A DNA stretch of 64,000 bases from Oscillospiraceae bacterium (lineage in GTDB: Bacteria; Bacillota; Clostridia; Oscillospirales; SIG627): assembly GCA_015064635.1 (NCBI GenBank), contig SVRV01000007.1:20602-84601 (forward strand). Direction: 5' to 3'. The notes under the pieces were generated by a model that was not told the origin of the DNA, did no database searches, and worked only from the letters and a program-made list of their open reading frames with translations. The translations under genes and the position numbers were made by a program. Numbering within the stretch: the stretch's first letter is position 1; each line of letters starts with the position of its first letter. Shown here piece by piece: positions 33,286 to 44,356 of this stretch.

Positions 33286-34479
33286 ATGTTCAAGAAAAAA
33301 GAGTGTGTGGTAATGCTCCTTGCGGGCGGTCAGGGAAGCCGTCTGTATGCATTGACCAAGAAAACGGCAAAACCCTCGGTTTCCTACGGAGGAAAATACA
33401 GAATTATAGATTTCCCCCTTTCAAACTGTACAAATTCGGGTCTTGACACAGTGGGCGTACTCACACAGTACCAACCACTTTATCTCAACGACTATGTGGG
33501 CAACGGACTTCCCTGGGACCTTGACCGAACCTTTGGAGGTGTGAAAATTCTTCCTCCCTATCAGGGACAGAACGGCTCCGACTGGTACAAGGGTACGGCA
33601 AATGCCATATGGCAGAATATGGAATTTATAAATCAGTATGACCCCGACCTTGTGCTCATTCTTTCGGGCGACCATATCTACAAGATGGATTACGCCAAGA
33701 TGATTGACTTCCACAAGAAGCATAACGCAGACTGTACCATTGCGGTAATAGACGTGCCCATTGAGGAGGCAAGCCGTTTCGGTATCATGTCTGTAAACGA
33801 AGACGGCTCAATATACAAGTTTTCCGAAAAGCCGAAGAATCCCGACAGCACAAAGGCGTCAATGGGAATCTACGTATTCAACAAGAAAAAGCTGGAGGAA
33901 TATCTGAGAGCCGACAGCATCGACCCCGACAGCTCAAATGACTTTGGAAAGAACATAATTCCCACAATGCTGGGTGCAAAGGAGAAGATGTTTGCGTATC
34001 CCTTTGAAGGATATTGGAAGGACGTGGGAACAATAAATTCTCTTTGGGAAGCAAATATGGACCTGCTTGGAGAAAAACCCGAGCTTGTGCTTGACGATGA
34101 GACCTGGAGAATATATTCCCGTCAGTATGCCTCGGCACCTCAATTTATCGGAAAGGGTGCAACTGTTGTCAACGCCACAATGACAGCGGGCTGTGAGATA
34201 TACGGCAAGGTTGAAAACAGTGTCCTGGGTCAAAACGTTAAGGTTGAAGCGGGAGCAAACGTCCAAAACAGCGTAATAATGGACAATGTTACAATAAAAG
34301 CAGGTGCAAACGTTATTTATTCCATTCTTGACGCAGGCGTAACGGTAGGTTGCGGCGCAAGTGTGGGTAAGGACGGCTCACCCGATAAAATAACTGTAAT
34401 AGGAGCAGATATCACTCTTCCCGACGGCGCAAGCGTTGAAGCGGGAAGCATGGTATCCGAAGAAGGAGGGGAAGACTAA
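33286..34479 (+). CDS. glgC: Glucose-1-phosphate adenylyltransferase
   Basis: 397 aa with LAGGQGSRL, followed by a left-handed beta-helix C-terminus. Confidence 0.92.
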   Translation: MFKKKECVVMLLAGGQGSRLYALTKKTAKPSVSYGGKYRIIDFPLSNCTNSGLDTVGVLTQYQPLYLNDYVGNGLPWDLDRTFGGVKILPPYQGQNGSDWYKGTANAIWQNMEFINQYDPDLVLILSGDHIYKMDYAKMIDFHKKHNADCTIAVIDVPIEEASRFGIMSVNEDGSIYKFSEKPKNPDSTKASMGIYVFNKKKLEEYLRADSIDPDSSNDFGKNIIPTMLGAKEKMFAYPFEGYWKDVGTINSLWEANMDLLGEKPELVLDDETWRIYSRQYASAPQFIGKGATVVNATMTAGCEIYGKVENSVLGQNVKVEAGANVQNSVIMDNVTIKAGANVIYSILDAGVTVGCGASVGKDGSPDKITVIGADITLPDGASVEAGSMVSEEGGED

Positions 34480-35612
34480 TGACTGCTGCAGGACTTATAT
34501 TTTCTAATATTCACGACGGGTGCATCCCCGAAATGACACGGTTCCGTACCATGGCAAGTATTCCCTTCGGATGCCGCTACCGTTTGGTTGACTTTGCTCT
34601 TTCAAACATGGTAAACTCAAACATTACCAACATCGGAATTATAACTCACTACAATTATCAGTCCCTTCTTGACCATATAGGCACGGGAAAGGACTGGGAC
34701 CTGGCACGTCGCTCGGGCGGTATCAAAATACTTCCTCCCTATGTGACAGCTTATGAAAATCACGTGGCAAACCGCCTTTACGAAAGCAGACTTGAGGCAA
34801 TAATCAATGCAAAGAACTTTGTAAAGCGCTGTAATGCGGATTATGTGGTGCTCTCCGATTGCGATGTCATACTTAACATCGACTTGGGAGATGTAATTGA
34901 AGACCATATAAATTCGGGTGCCTATATCACAATAGTCACAAAGAAGGTAAACACTGCGGAAAGACATTTTGACTCCAATGTAAAGGTTGTAAGCGTGGGC
35001 GAAAACAATGCTCTTACCGATATCGTAAGCTACAAGCCGAAAAAGGGCACTGTTGAAATCAGCACAAACATTATGGTAATATCAAGAGATGACCTTGAAG
35101 CCATTATTGACGATTCCGTTTCCCACGGATATACCGACTTTACCAAGGATGTGCTCAAGCGTAATATGAAGAAAAAGCTTATCCGTGCATACAAATATGA
35201 CGGATGGTATGCATATATATCTTCTCTTGTAAGCTATTTCGATGTATCTATGAGACTCCTTAGTGAAGAGGCAAGAGACGGACTTTTCGGCGACCGCAAC
35301 CGCAGAATATACACAAAGCTCCGTAATTCCGCACCCACCAAGTATTCAAGCGATGCAAAGGTTACAAACTCCCTTATTGCAGACGGATGCATAATTGAAG
35401 GTACGGTTGAAAACTCCATTCTGTTCAGAGGAGTTCACGTCGGTAAGGGTACGGTGATACGCAACAGCGTACTTCTTCAGGACACATATGTGGGAAACAA
35501 CGCAAGTGTAAACTGTACAATAACAGATAAGAACGTAATGATAAGAGATGCCAGAAATCTCTCGGGACACGACACTATGCCCTTCTTTATCTCAAAGGGC
35601 ACAATGGTATAG
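34479..35612 (+). CDS. glgD: Glucose-1-phosphate adenylyltransferase, GlgD subunit
   Basis: 377-aa GlgC paralog lacking the GGxGxR motif. Its start overlaps the glgC stop. Confidence 0.85.
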   Translation: MTAAGLIFSNIHDGCIPEMTRFRTMASIPFGCRYRLVDFALSNMVNSNITNIGIITHYNYQSLLDHIGTGKDWDLARRSGGIKILPPYVTAYENHVANRLYESRLEAIINAKNFVKRCNADYVVLSDCDVILNIDLGDVIEDHINSGAYITIVTKKVNTAERHFDSNVKVVSVGENNALTDIVSYKPKKGTVEISTNIMVISRDDLEAIIDDSVSHGYTDFTKDVLKRNMKKKLIRAYKYDGWYAYISSLVSYFDVSMRLLSEEARDGLFGDRNRRIYTKLRNSAPTKYSSDAKVTNSLIADGCIIEGTVENSILFRGVHVGKGTVIRNSVLLQDTYVGNNASVNCTITDKNVMIRDARNLSGHDTMPFFISKGTMV

Positions 35613-35628
35613 TGAGAAAGGAAAATAA

Positions 35629-37062
35629 ATGAAAAAAATACTGTTTGTAGGTGCTGAAGCCATGCCCTTTGCGGCAACGGGAGGTCTCGGAGACGTACTT
35701 GGTTCACTTCCTTCGGCACTTGCCGCCCAGCCCGAAACGGATATACGTGTTGTAATGCCCCTGTATTCCGCCGTCAAGGAGGAATGGCGCCGTGAAATGT
35801 GTGAGGAGGCAATATTTACCGTACCGCTATCCTGGCGACGTCAGTATTGCGGAATATACAGCCTGAAAAAGGACAACGTAATTTACTACTTCATAGACAA
35901 CGAATATTACTTCAAGCGCGACTCTCTGTACGGATCATACGACGACGGAGAAAGATTTGCCTTTTTCTGTATGGCGGTTATGGAGACAATGGCGGCGGTA
36001 AACTTCTTCCCCGACATACTCCACGCCCATGACTGGCAGGCGGCGCTCAGCGTAATATATCTCAATCATATTTATAAGAAAAACCCGGAATATCAGGGTA
36101 TAAAGACGGTTTATACCATTCACAATATAGAGTATCAGGGAAAATACGATTTTTCGATTTTGGGAGATGTATTTGCCCTTACGGAAAACGAGCACGCCCT
36201 CATGGAGCATGACGGATGTATAAATCTCATGAAGGCTGCAATCGAGGATGCCGACGTTGTAACAACCGTCAGCCCGAAATATGCCGAGGAAATACAAACT
36301 CCCGAATACGCCCACGGCTTGCATGCAAGTCTCAAAAACAACGCTCACAAGCTCATGGGTATACTCAACGGTATTGACTATAATTACTATGACCCCAAGA
36401 GTGATTCCGCCATATGTGCAAACTTCTCATCGGCTAACACCGAGGGCAAGGCACTCTGCAAGTCGGCACTTCAGCGTGAGGTGGGACTTGACGAAAGAGC
36501 CGACGTGCCACTTGTTTCAATAATTTCAAGACTTGCATCTCACAAAGGACTTGACATAATCGAGGGTTGCATATATGATATAGTAATGCGCCACGATATA
36601 CAGCTTGTGATACTTGGTAAGGGTGAGGAAAGATACGAGCAGTTCTTCTGCTACCTTCAGGAAAGATTCCCTCACAAGGTAAAGGCTCTCATAACCTATG
36701 ACAGAGACCTTTCAAAGAGAATATATGCCGCAACGGATATATTCCTCATGCCGTCAAAAAGTGAGCCCTGCGGTCTGTCACAGATGATAGCCTCCCGCTA
36801 TGGTGCGATCCCCGTGGTAAGAGAAACCGGAGGACTTTATGACTCTATCAAGCCCTTCTGGATGAAGGGAAACAAGATGTACGGAAACGGCTTCACCTTT
36901 GCAGGCTACAATGCAGGCGAGCTGAAGGAGCGCACAGAGGCAGCACTGGAGCTTTATCATAGCGAAGAGCTTCGCCGTAAGCTCGTATACAAGATAATGA
37001 GAACCGATTTTTCATGGAAATCATCGGCAAAAAGCTATATGGAGATGTACAGTGCTCTCTGA
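35629..37062 (+). CDS. glgA: Glycogen synthase
   Basis: 477 aa with N-terminal EAMPFAATGGLGDV. Confidence 0.92.
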   Translation: MKKILFVGAEAMPFAATGGLGDVLGSLPSALAAQPETDIRVVMPLYSAVKEEWRREMCEEAIFTVPLSWRRQYCGIYSLKKDNVIYYFIDNEYYFKRDSLYGSYDDGERFAFFCMAVMETMAAVNFFPDILHAHDWQAALSVIYLNHIYKKNPEYQGIKTVYTIHNIEYQGKYDFSILGDVFALTENEHALMEHDGCINLMKAAIEDADVVTTVSPKYAEEIQTPEYAHGLHASLKNNAHKLMGILNGIDYNYYDPKSDSAICANFSSANTEGKALCKSALQREVGLDERADVPLVSIISRLASHKGLDIIEGCIYDIVMRHDIQLVILGKGEERYEQFFCYLQERFPHKVKALITYDRDLSKRIYAATDIFLMPSKSEPCGLSQMIASRYGAIPVVRETGGLYDSIKPFWMKGNKMYGNGFTFAGYNAGELKERTEAALELYHSEELRRKLVYKIMRTDFSWKSSAKSYMEMYSAL

Positions 37063-37089
37063 AGACAAAACAATCGAAAGGACCCGACA

Positions 37090-39519
37090 ATGAACTATTC
37101 ACCGGACAAAAATGAAGTAAAGGCATTACTGGAAACGGTTTTGCTCCGTCACTTTGGCTGTACTGCCGAGGAGGCATCACGTGACCAGATGTACAAAGCG
37201 GCGGCTATAACCGTTAAAAATATATTGAGCGACAAGCGTTCAAAATACAAGAAAAAAGTAAACGAAGCAGGAGCAAAGAGAGTGTACTATATGTGCATGG
37301 AGTTCCTTGTTGGCAGAAGCCTCAAGACGAATCTTTGCAACCTTGGACTTGATAAGGCATATTCCGAAGCTCTGGAGTCACTTGGCTTCAAGCTGGATGA
37401 GCTCTATGAATGTGAACCCGATGCAGGACTCGGAAACGGAGGTCTTGGAAGACTTGCCGCTTGCTTTATGGATTCTCTTTCAAGTCTCGACTATCCTGCT
37501 ACCGGCTTTTCAATCTGCTATGAATACGGACTTTTCCGCCAGATGATAGTTGACGGAATGCAGGTTGAGCTCCCCGACGTATGGTTACCCGGCGGTGAGG
37601 TATGGCTGGTACCCCGTACAGACCGTGTTTACAAGGTAAAATTCGGCGGTAAGATAACCGAAAACTGGAAGGACGGACACTGCGAAATACTTTACGAAAA
37701 CGCAGAGGAAATAGAGGCTGTTCCCTACGATATGATGATATCGGGTGCCGACTCCTCGGCTGTAAGCCAGCTCAGACTCTGGAAGGCAAGAGATATTCAG
37801 AACTTCAATATGGGACTCTTCACTCAGGGACAGTATACAAGAGCTCTTGAGGAAAGCACCAATGCGGAAATTATCTCAAAGGTACTCTACCCCTCCGACA
37901 ACCACACAGAAGGTAAGCTGCTCAGACTTTCCCAGCAGTACTTCCTTGTTTCCGCCTCGGTACAGAGCATCATCCGTGACCATATGGCGGTATATAAGAC
38001 CCTTGACAATCTCGCCGACAAGGTGGCAATTCACATCAACGACACCCACCCCGCACTTTGTATTCCCGAGCTCATGCGTATCCTGATAGATGACTATTTC
38101 TATTCATGGGACAGAGCGTGGGACATTGTTACAAAGACTGTTTCCTATACAAATCACACTGTTATGCCTGAGGCTCTTGAGACCTGGAACGAAGATTTGT
38201 TTGCTCTCAAGCTTCCTCGCATACACTCGATTCTCAAAGAAATAAACGAGCGCTTCTGCCGTGAGGCGTGGGAAGCCTTCCCCGGTAACTGGGACAGAAT
38301 CTCAAAGATGAGTATTATCGCAAATTCCCAGATAAGAATGGCAAACCTTTCTGTAATTGCATCTCACTCCATAAACGGCGTTTCAAAGCTTCATTCGTCA
38401 ATTCTGAAGGACTCTACCTTCAAGGACTTTTACAGAATGTATCCCGAGCGCTTTGACAATGTTACAAACGGAATCGCACACCGCAGATGGCTTTGCTACT
38501 CAAATCCCAAGCTTGCATCCCTCATTGAGGATTGCATCGGTACAGATTACCGTCACGAGCCGGAAAAACTCGCAGAGCTTAAAAACTTCGCCGATGACAA
38601 TGCAGTTCTTGACAAATTACGTGCCATAAAGCATGAAAACAAAATCGCCTTTGCGGATATCATCTACAAGAAGACCGGTAAAAAGCTCAATACCCACTCG
38701 GTGTTTGACGTTCAGATAAAGAGACTTCACGAATACAAGAGACAGCTTCTCAACGCCCTAAATATCATAGGACTTTATCTCGACCTTAAAGAGAATCCTG
38801 ACCTTGATATGCAGCCTCAGACATTTATCTTCGGTGCAAAGGCGGCTCCGGGCTATGATATGGCAAAGAGAATCATCAAGCTCCTTTGTTGTCTCGGACG
38901 TGACATTAACGAGAATCCCAATGCAAAAATAAGAGAAAAGCTTGCGGTTGTATTCCTTGAGGATTACAACGTAAGTATGGCGGAAGCACTTGTGCCCTCG
39001 GCTGAAATAAGTGAGCAGATTTCTCTTGCGGGTAAGGAAGCCAGCGGTACCGGCTGTATGAAGCTTATGATAAACGGTGCACTGACCATCGGAACACTTG
39101 ACGGTGCAAATGTAGAAATGCAGGCGGCGGCAGGTAAGGAGAATATGTTCATATTCGGTCTCACTGCCTCCGAGGTTGAAGACCTTTGGCTCAGAGGCTA
39201 CAATTCCGCAAACTACTACACCACAAATCCCAGACTTGCAAAGATTATAAATGCACTTTCACAAGGCTTTGCAGGTGAATCCTTTGCGGATATCGCATCC
39301 TACCTTCTCAATGCACACGGAATTGCTGACCCGTATATGTGTCTTGCAGACTTTGAATCATACTACACCACACACAAGACTATGATAGAAGCCTACCGTG
39401 ACAGAGAGAATTGGAGCCGTATGTCTCTTATCAACATTGGTGCGGCAGGATATTTTGCCTCCGACCGCAGTATAGAGGAATACGCAGAAAGATTCTGGAA
39501 TTTGAAAAAAGTTAAATAA
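37090..39519 (+). CDS. glgP: Glycogen / alpha-glucan phosphorylase
   Basis: 809 aa GT35 enzyme with the PLP-site region EASGTGCMK. Confidence 0.92.
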   Translation: MNYSPDKNEVKALLETVLLRHFGCTAEEASRDQMYKAAAITVKNILSDKRSKYKKKVNEAGAKRVYYMCMEFLVGRSLKTNLCNLGLDKAYSEALESLGFKLDELYECEPDAGLGNGGLGRLAACFMDSLSSLDYPATGFSICYEYGLFRQMIVDGMQVELPDVWLPGGEVWLVPRTDRVYKVKFGGKITENWKDGHCEILYENAEEIEAVPYDMMISGADSSAVSQLRLWKARDIQNFNMGLFTQGQYTRALEESTNAEIISKVLYPSDNHTEGKLLRLSQQYFLVSASVQSIIRDHMAVYKTLDNLADKVAIHINDTHPALCIPELMRILIDDYFYSWDRAWDIVTKTVSYTNHTVMPEALETWNEDLFALKLPRIHSILKEINERFCREAWEAFPGNWDRISKMSIIANSQIRMANLSVIASHSINGVSKLHSSILKDSTFKDFYRMYPERFDNVTNGIAHRRWLCYSNPKLASLIEDCIGTDYRHEPEKLAELKNFADDNAVLDKLRAIKHENKIAFADIIYKKTGKKLNTHSVFDVQIKRLHEYKRQLLNALNIIGLYLDLKENPDLDMQPQTFIFGAKAAPGYDMAKRIIKLLCCLGRDINENPNAKIREKLAVVFLEDYNVSMAEALVPSAEISEQISLAGKEASGTGCMKLMINGALTIGTLDGANVEMQAAAGKENMFIFGLTASEVEDLWLRGYNSANYYTTNPRLAKIINALSQGFAGESFADIASYLLNAHGIADPYMCLADFESYYTTHKTMIEAYRDRENWSRMSLINIGAAGYFASDRSIEEYAERFWNLKKVK

Positions 39520-39524
39520 CGGAG

Positions 39525-41381
39525 ATGAGGGGTTGTAAAAATATTTTTACAACCCCTGATTTGAATATGCTGATAAAAAATCATACAAACGTTGAAAATA
39601 TAAAAGACATAACCCTGACCCGCAAAGTTAAGGGGCAAAAAACACGTTTGGGCGCATTCCCCGAGGGCACCTGCGTCACCCTGTCACTCACTCTGCCCCG
39701 AAGCATCGGAGCATCGGGTGCGGTGCTTCGCATAAACCGTGACGGTGAGGAAAGCCGTGACATACCTTTTTCATACATATCCCTTGAAGGAAAGGCTGAT
39801 TTGTATGAAACCGAAATTCGTGGCGACGGCTTATATTTTTTTGAAATATTACTTTTGAGAGGATACGAAACTCTCTTTTTGTCAAGCGTGAATAACCTTG
39901 ATTTTGAGGTGACCGAGCATTCCGAAAGCTTATTTCATATTCTCTTTTACAAGAAGGACTTTGACACCCCCGACTGGTCGAAGGGCGGTGTTATGTATCA
40001 TATTTTCGTTGACCGTTTCTGCCGTGGCAAGGGAGACGTAACCCTTCACGGAAGGCTTAACGAGGACTGGGAAAACGGAATTCCGCAATTTGCCGATAAG
40101 GTGGGCGCCCCTCTTTCAAACGACATTTTCTTCGGCGGAAATTTGTGGGGAGTTATAGAAAAGCTTGATTATCTTCTCACGCTGGGCGTGACAATAATTT
40201 ATCTCTCCCCGATTTTCAAATCGGTTTCAAACCACCGTTATGACACGGGCGACTATGAGCAAATTGATTCCATGCTCGGCGGGGACACCGCATTTGGTGC
40301 CCTTATTGAAGAAGCGCACAAGCATGGGATAAAGGTTATTCTTGACGGTGTGTTCAACCACACGGGGGACGACAGCAAGTACTTCAACAAAAGAGGAAGC
40401 TACGATACCGTCGGTGCCTACAATTCTCTCCGGTCGGAATATGCGGAATGGTTTAACTTCGAGGACTTCCCCGACACCTACGAGGCGTGGTGGGGAATTG
40501 AAATAATGCCCCGTCTCAAGCACAAAAACGAAGCCTGCCGACACTATTTTACGGGCAAGGACGGAATTGTGGAGAGATGGCTTAAAAAGGGTGCCGACGG
40601 CTGGAGGCTGGATGTTGCGGACGAGTTGAGCGATGAGTTTCTGGATGAGCTGAACAACAGAGCAAAAGGCGTGAACCAAGCCTTCATAATAGGTGAGGTA
40701 TGGGAAAACGGAGTCACAAAGACAGCCTACGGAAAAAGAAGAAAATATTTTCACGGACACGAGCTTGACAGCGTAATGAATTATCCTTTAAAAAACGCAA
40801 TTCTGTCGTTTCTTACCAATGGTGACAGCGAGAGCTTTTACAACACGGTGACCGAGCTTTATTCCTCCTATCCGAAGCCCGTCCTTGATTCCCTTATGAA
40901 TATAATATCAACTCACGATACCGAAAGAATGTTGACACTGCTTGGTGACCCCACCGCAGGAGAAGGAAAAAGCAACAAGGAGCTGTCCACTCTCCGTCTC
41001 GCTCCCGAAAAACGCCGTGAGGCAAAGAAGCTTTTCAAGCTTGCATCGGTTATTCAATACACTGTTTTCGGCTTCCCCTCTCTTTATTACGGAGACGAGG
41101 CGGGACTTGAGGGTTATCACGACCCCTTCTGCCGTCTGCCCTACCCTTGGGGCAAGGAGGACCATGAGCTTCTGCGCCACTATAAAAAGCTGGGTGCCTT
41201 GAGAAAGAAATACACCTGTCTCAAGAACGGTGATTTTGAATTCATTTTATGCGAAAAAAGTGTTGTTGCATACCGCAGAAAAAACAAAAAAGACTCTCTC
41301 ACCGTTTATATAAATGCCGGAGATAAAAAAGTTAACCTTTCAGGCGTGGAAATTGATGCAAAATCCTATAAGATTATTTAA
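39525..41381 (+). CDS. GH13 alpha-amylase family enzyme (neopullulanase / cyclomaltodextrinase-like)
   Basis: GH13 regions DGVFNH, GWRLDVADE, EVWE and STHD. The start is uncertain: ATG 39525 lies inside a perfect hairpin, and the alternative is ATG 39567 (MLIKNHT...). Confidence 0.8.
   Translation: MRGCKNIFTTPDLNMLIKNHTNVENIKDITLTRKVKGQKTRLGAFPEGTCVTLSLTLPRSIGASGAVLRINRDGEESRDIPFSYISLEGKADLYETEIRGDGLYFFEILLLRGYETLFLSSVNNLDFEVTEHSESLFHILFYKKDFDTPDWSKGGVMYHIFVDRFCRGKGDVTLHGRLNEDWENGIPQFADKVGAPLSNDIFFGGNLWGVIEKLDYLLTLGVTIIYLSPIFKSVSNHRYDTGDYEQIDSMLGGDTAFGALIEEAHKHGIKVILDGVFNHTGDDSKYFNKRGSYDTVGAYNSLRSEYAEWFNFEDFPDTYEAWWGIEIMPRLKHKNEACRHYFTGKDGIVERWLKKGADGWRLDVADELSDEFLDELNNRAKGVNQAFIIGEVWENGVTKTAYGKRRKYFHGHELDSVMNYPLKNAILSFLTNGDSESFYNTVTELYSSYPKPVLDSLMNIISTHDTERMLTLLGDPTAGEGKSNKELSTLRLAPEKRREAKKLFKLASVIQYTVFGFPSLYYGDEAGLEGYHDPFCRLPYPWGKEDHELLRHYKKLGALRKKYTCLKNGDFEFILCEKSVVAYRRKNKKDSLTVYINAGDKKVNLSGVEIDAKSYKII
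39528..39557. other. Perfect 30-nt palindrome (14-bp arms) between glgP and the GH13 gene
   Basis: AGGGGTTGTAAAAAtaTTTTTACAACCCCT with no T tract after it. Confidence 0.85.
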
Positions 41382-41388
41382 AAAACAC

Positions 41389-41417
41389 TTTACAAATCAC
41401 GTTTTTTGGTTTACAAT
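41389..41417 (+). promoter_or_regulatory. Sigma-A promoter TTTACA-17-TACAAT upstream of pyrH
   Basis: TTTACAaatcacgttttttggtTACAAT, 40 nt before the pyrH start. Confidence 0.55.
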
Positions 41418-41456
41418 ATAGAGTAGAATTGCAAGAAGTGTGAGGTAAAGAAAAGG

Positions 41457-42206
41457 ATGGCAAAATATAAAAGAGTTTTGATTAAACTGTCGGGTGAAGC
41501 TGTATACGGAAGCGACATCGCAGAATACAACTCCGACGGTAAAGTAAAGAGTGTACCCGTCATAGACAGAGCAAAGCTTGACCGCATATGTTGTGAGCTC
41601 AAAAAGGTTCACGATATGGGTGTTGAGATAGGAATAGTATTCGGTGGCGGTAACATTTGGAGAGGCGGCAGACTCGGGGAAGGCTTTAACAGAACGAGAG
41701 CCGACCATATGGGAATGCTGGCAACTGTTATAAATTCAATAGCTCTTTCGGAAACCTTGGAAAATCTCGGTGTGGAAACAAGAGTAATGTCCTCTGTTGA
41801 GATGCCACAGTTTGCCGAGACCTACATACCCGTTAAGGCTGTCAGCCACTTGGAGAAGGGCAAGGTCGTAATATTTGCAGGCGGAACAGGTATTTCACAT
41901 ATGACGACGGATACCACCTCCGTTCTCAGAGGTGCCGAAATCGAAGCCGACGTTGTAATGCTGGCAAAGAACATCGACGCCATATACACGGCAGACCCCA
42001 GACTTGACCCCACAGCGGTGAGAATTCCAAGACTTGATTACAGCGAATTCCTCGCAAAGGGACTTAAAGCAATCGACGCCACTGCGGCGGCATATGCAAT
42101 GGAAAACAATCTTCCTCTGCTTCTCTTCGGACTTGACGATCCGGAAAATATCGTTACCGCAATTTGCGGCGGCGAAACAGGCACAATTGTAGAAAAAACA
42201 AACTGA
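41457..42206 (+). CDS. pyrH: UMP kinase
   Basis: 249 aa with KRVLIKLSGE. Confidence 0.92.
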   Translation: MAKYKRVLIKLSGEAVYGSDIAEYNSDGKVKSVPVIDRAKLDRICCELKKVHDMGVEIGIVFGGGNIWRGGRLGEGFNRTRADHMGMLATVINSIALSETLENLGVETRVMSSVEMPQFAETYIPVKAVSHLEKGKVVIFAGGTGISHMTTDTTSVLRGAEIEADVVMLAKNIDAIYTADPRLDPTAVRIPRLDYSEFLAKGLKAIDATAAAYAMENNLPLLLFGLDDPENIVTAICGGETGTIVEKTN

Positions 42207-42225
42207 TTTTGAAAGGAATAAAAAC

Positions 42226-42780
42226 ATGAAAGCAAATCTTAAAGACTTTGAAGCAAAGATGCAGAAATCCTGCGCAGCTTTGGAAACAGAACTCAAATCC
42301 ATCAGAGTAGGACGTGCAAGCGCCGCTGTTCTCGACAAGATAACAGTTGACTATTACGGCTCGGCTACTCCCATCAACCAGATAGCAGCTATCTCCACCA
42401 CTGATGCAAGAACACTTGTTATCACACCTTGGGATGCATCCACAGTTAAGGAAATAGAGAAGGCAATTCTCGCTTCCGACCTGGGTATCAATCCCCAGAA
42501 CGACGGTAAGGTTATCCGTCTCACCTTCCCCTCTCTCACAGAAGAGCGCAGAAAGGAAGTTTCAAAGCAGGTAGCAAAATGCGGAGAGGATTCAAAGGTT
42601 GCTGTTCGTAACATTCGCCGTGAAGCAAATGACTTCCTCAAGAACGAAAAGAAGGCAGGCACTCTTACAGAGGATGATGTAAAGTCAGGAGAAAAGGACG
42701 CTCAGGACCTTACCGACAAGTATATCAAGAATATAGATGCACTTGTTGCTGCCAAGACTAAGGAAGTAATGGAAATCTAA
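42226..42780 (+). CDS. frr: Ribosome recycling factor
   Basis: 184 aa typical RRF. Confidence 0.92.
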   Translation: MKANLKDFEAKMQKSCAALETELKSIRVGRASAAVLDKITVDYYGSATPINQIAAISTTDARTLVITPWDASTVKEIEKAILASDLGINPQNDGKVIRLTFPSLTEERRKEVSKQVAKCGEDSKVAVRNIRREANDFLKNEKKAGTLTEDDVKSGEKDAQDLTDKYIKNIDALVAAKTKEVMEI

Positions 42781-43508
42781 TGGGACTTTTCTCATTAAAA
42801 AAGAAAAAGACAGAAAGCGGCGGCACAAAACCGCCGCTTCGTCATATAGCTTTCATTATGGACGGTAACGGCAGATGGGCAAAAAAGCGAGGACTTCCCC
42901 GTGAAATGGGACACAAGGCAGGTGCCGAAGCATTTCGCCGTATAGTTGAATGCTGTATCGACCGTGATATTGAGCTTGTTACCGTATATGCCTTCTCCAC
43001 AGAAAACTGGAAGCGTCCCCAGAGTGAGGTTGACGGCATAATGAAGCTTTTTGTGGAATATCTCCACGACGGACTGGAAAATCCAAGGCAAAAGAATTCA
43101 AAAATCCGCTTTCTCGGAGATAACTCACGCTTTTCCCCCGAAATCCGTGAGCTTATGGAAAGAATAGTGGAAAAATCAAGTCACTACCCCCACGCTCTGA
43201 ATATCGCAATAAACTACGGAGGACGTGACGATATAGTATACGCCGTGAACTCTCTTATTGCCGAGGGCAAAACAGAAATAACCGAGGAGGACATTTCCTC
43301 ACATCTCTACACCTCCGGTCAGCCCGACCCCGACCTCATTGTCAGAACGGGCGGAGAATGGAGACTTTCAAATTTTCTCACATGGCAGTCAACCTATTCC
43401 GAGCTTTTCTTCACAAACACTCTTTGGCCCGATATGTCGGATAAGGACGTTGATGAAGCACTTGAATTTTTCACTTCGAGGCAGAGAAGATTCGGGCAGG
43501 TAAAATAA
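42780..43508 (+). CDS. uppS: Isoprenyl transferase (undecaprenyl diphosphate synthase)
   Basis: HIAFIMDGNGRWA motif. Confidence 0.9.
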   Translation: MGLFSLKKKKTESGGTKPPLRHIAFIMDGNGRWAKKRGLPREMGHKAGAEAFRRIVECCIDRDIELVTVYAFSTENWKRPQSEVDGIMKLFVEYLHDGLENPRQKNSKIRFLGDNSRFSPEIRELMERIVEKSSHYPHALNIAINYGGRDDIVYAVNSLIAEGKTEITEEDISSHLYTSGQPDPDLIVRTGGEWRLSNFLTWQSTYSELFFTNTLWPDMSDKDVDEALEFFTSRQRRFGQVK

Positions 43509-43527
43509 TGATTTTTAAGGTGAAAAA

Positions 43528-44343
43528 ATGAAAACACGTATTATCACAGCCATTGTGGCATTACTTATATTTATCCCCGTTGTGATTTTCGCAAACACAA
43601 CACTTTTTACCGTAGCAAGCTTTGATTTGAAAATCATAAATGTAGCCATGGCGATTTTGTCTCTTGTGGGCGTGTATGAGGCCATCAAGTGCATCGACTC
43701 ACACAAAAAGCCTTATATGTGGATTGCATTTGCCGTGGCGGCACTGCTTCCCCTTTTCACAGGCACAAATCTCAATTTTTATATGCCCGTTTTTGTGGGA
43801 CTTCTTTTCATCCTGCTTTTTGCGGGTGTAATCGGAAACAAAAACATTACATGCGACAAGGTTCTTCTTTCCTTCGCACTGACCTTTTATGTAACAGCGG
43901 CATTTGGCTCAATGATAGTCATATATAACACCGAAGACTTACTCTTCCCCCTGATTTTCGTAGGTGCTTGGGTAACCGATACCTTTGCATATTTCTCGGG
44001 ATATTTCCTTGGGAAGCACAAGCTCATTCCCTCCGTCAGCCCCAAGAAAACAGTTGAAGGAGCCATCGGCGGCTCACTTGCAACAACTGTAACCTTCGGC
44101 GTATACGGATGGTTCAGAACGGGAGACGTAAAACTCACTCTCATTCTCACAGCAGTAGGACTTGTGACAAGTGTTGTTTCCCAGTTCGGCGACCTTGCGG
44201 CATCTCTCATCAAGCGTCAGTGGGGTATCAAGGACTACGGAAACCTCTTCCCCGGACACGGCGGTGTTCTTGACCGATTTGACAGCATTTTGGCTGTTTC
44301 GGCGTTCCTTTATATAATAACACTGTTTGTAACCTTTAACTGA
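43528..44343 (+). CDS. cdsA: Phosphatidate cytidylyltransferase
   Basis: Multi-TM protein with C-terminal GHGGVLDRFDS. Confidence 0.9.
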   Translation: MKTRIITAIVALLIFIPVVIFANTTLFTVASFDLKIINVAMAILSLVGVYEAIKCIDSHKKPYMWIAFAVAALLPLFTGTNLNFYMPVFVGLLFILLFAGVIGNKNITCDKVLLSFALTFYVTAAFGSMIVIYNTEDLLFPLIFVGAWVTDTFAYFSGYFLGKHKLIPSVSPKKTVEGAIGGSLATTVTFGVYGWFRTGDVKLTLILTAVGLVTSVVSQFGDLAASLIKRQWGIKDYGNLFPGHGGVLDRFDSILAVSAFLYIITLFVTFN

Positions 44344-44356
44344 TCAGGGGAAAATT

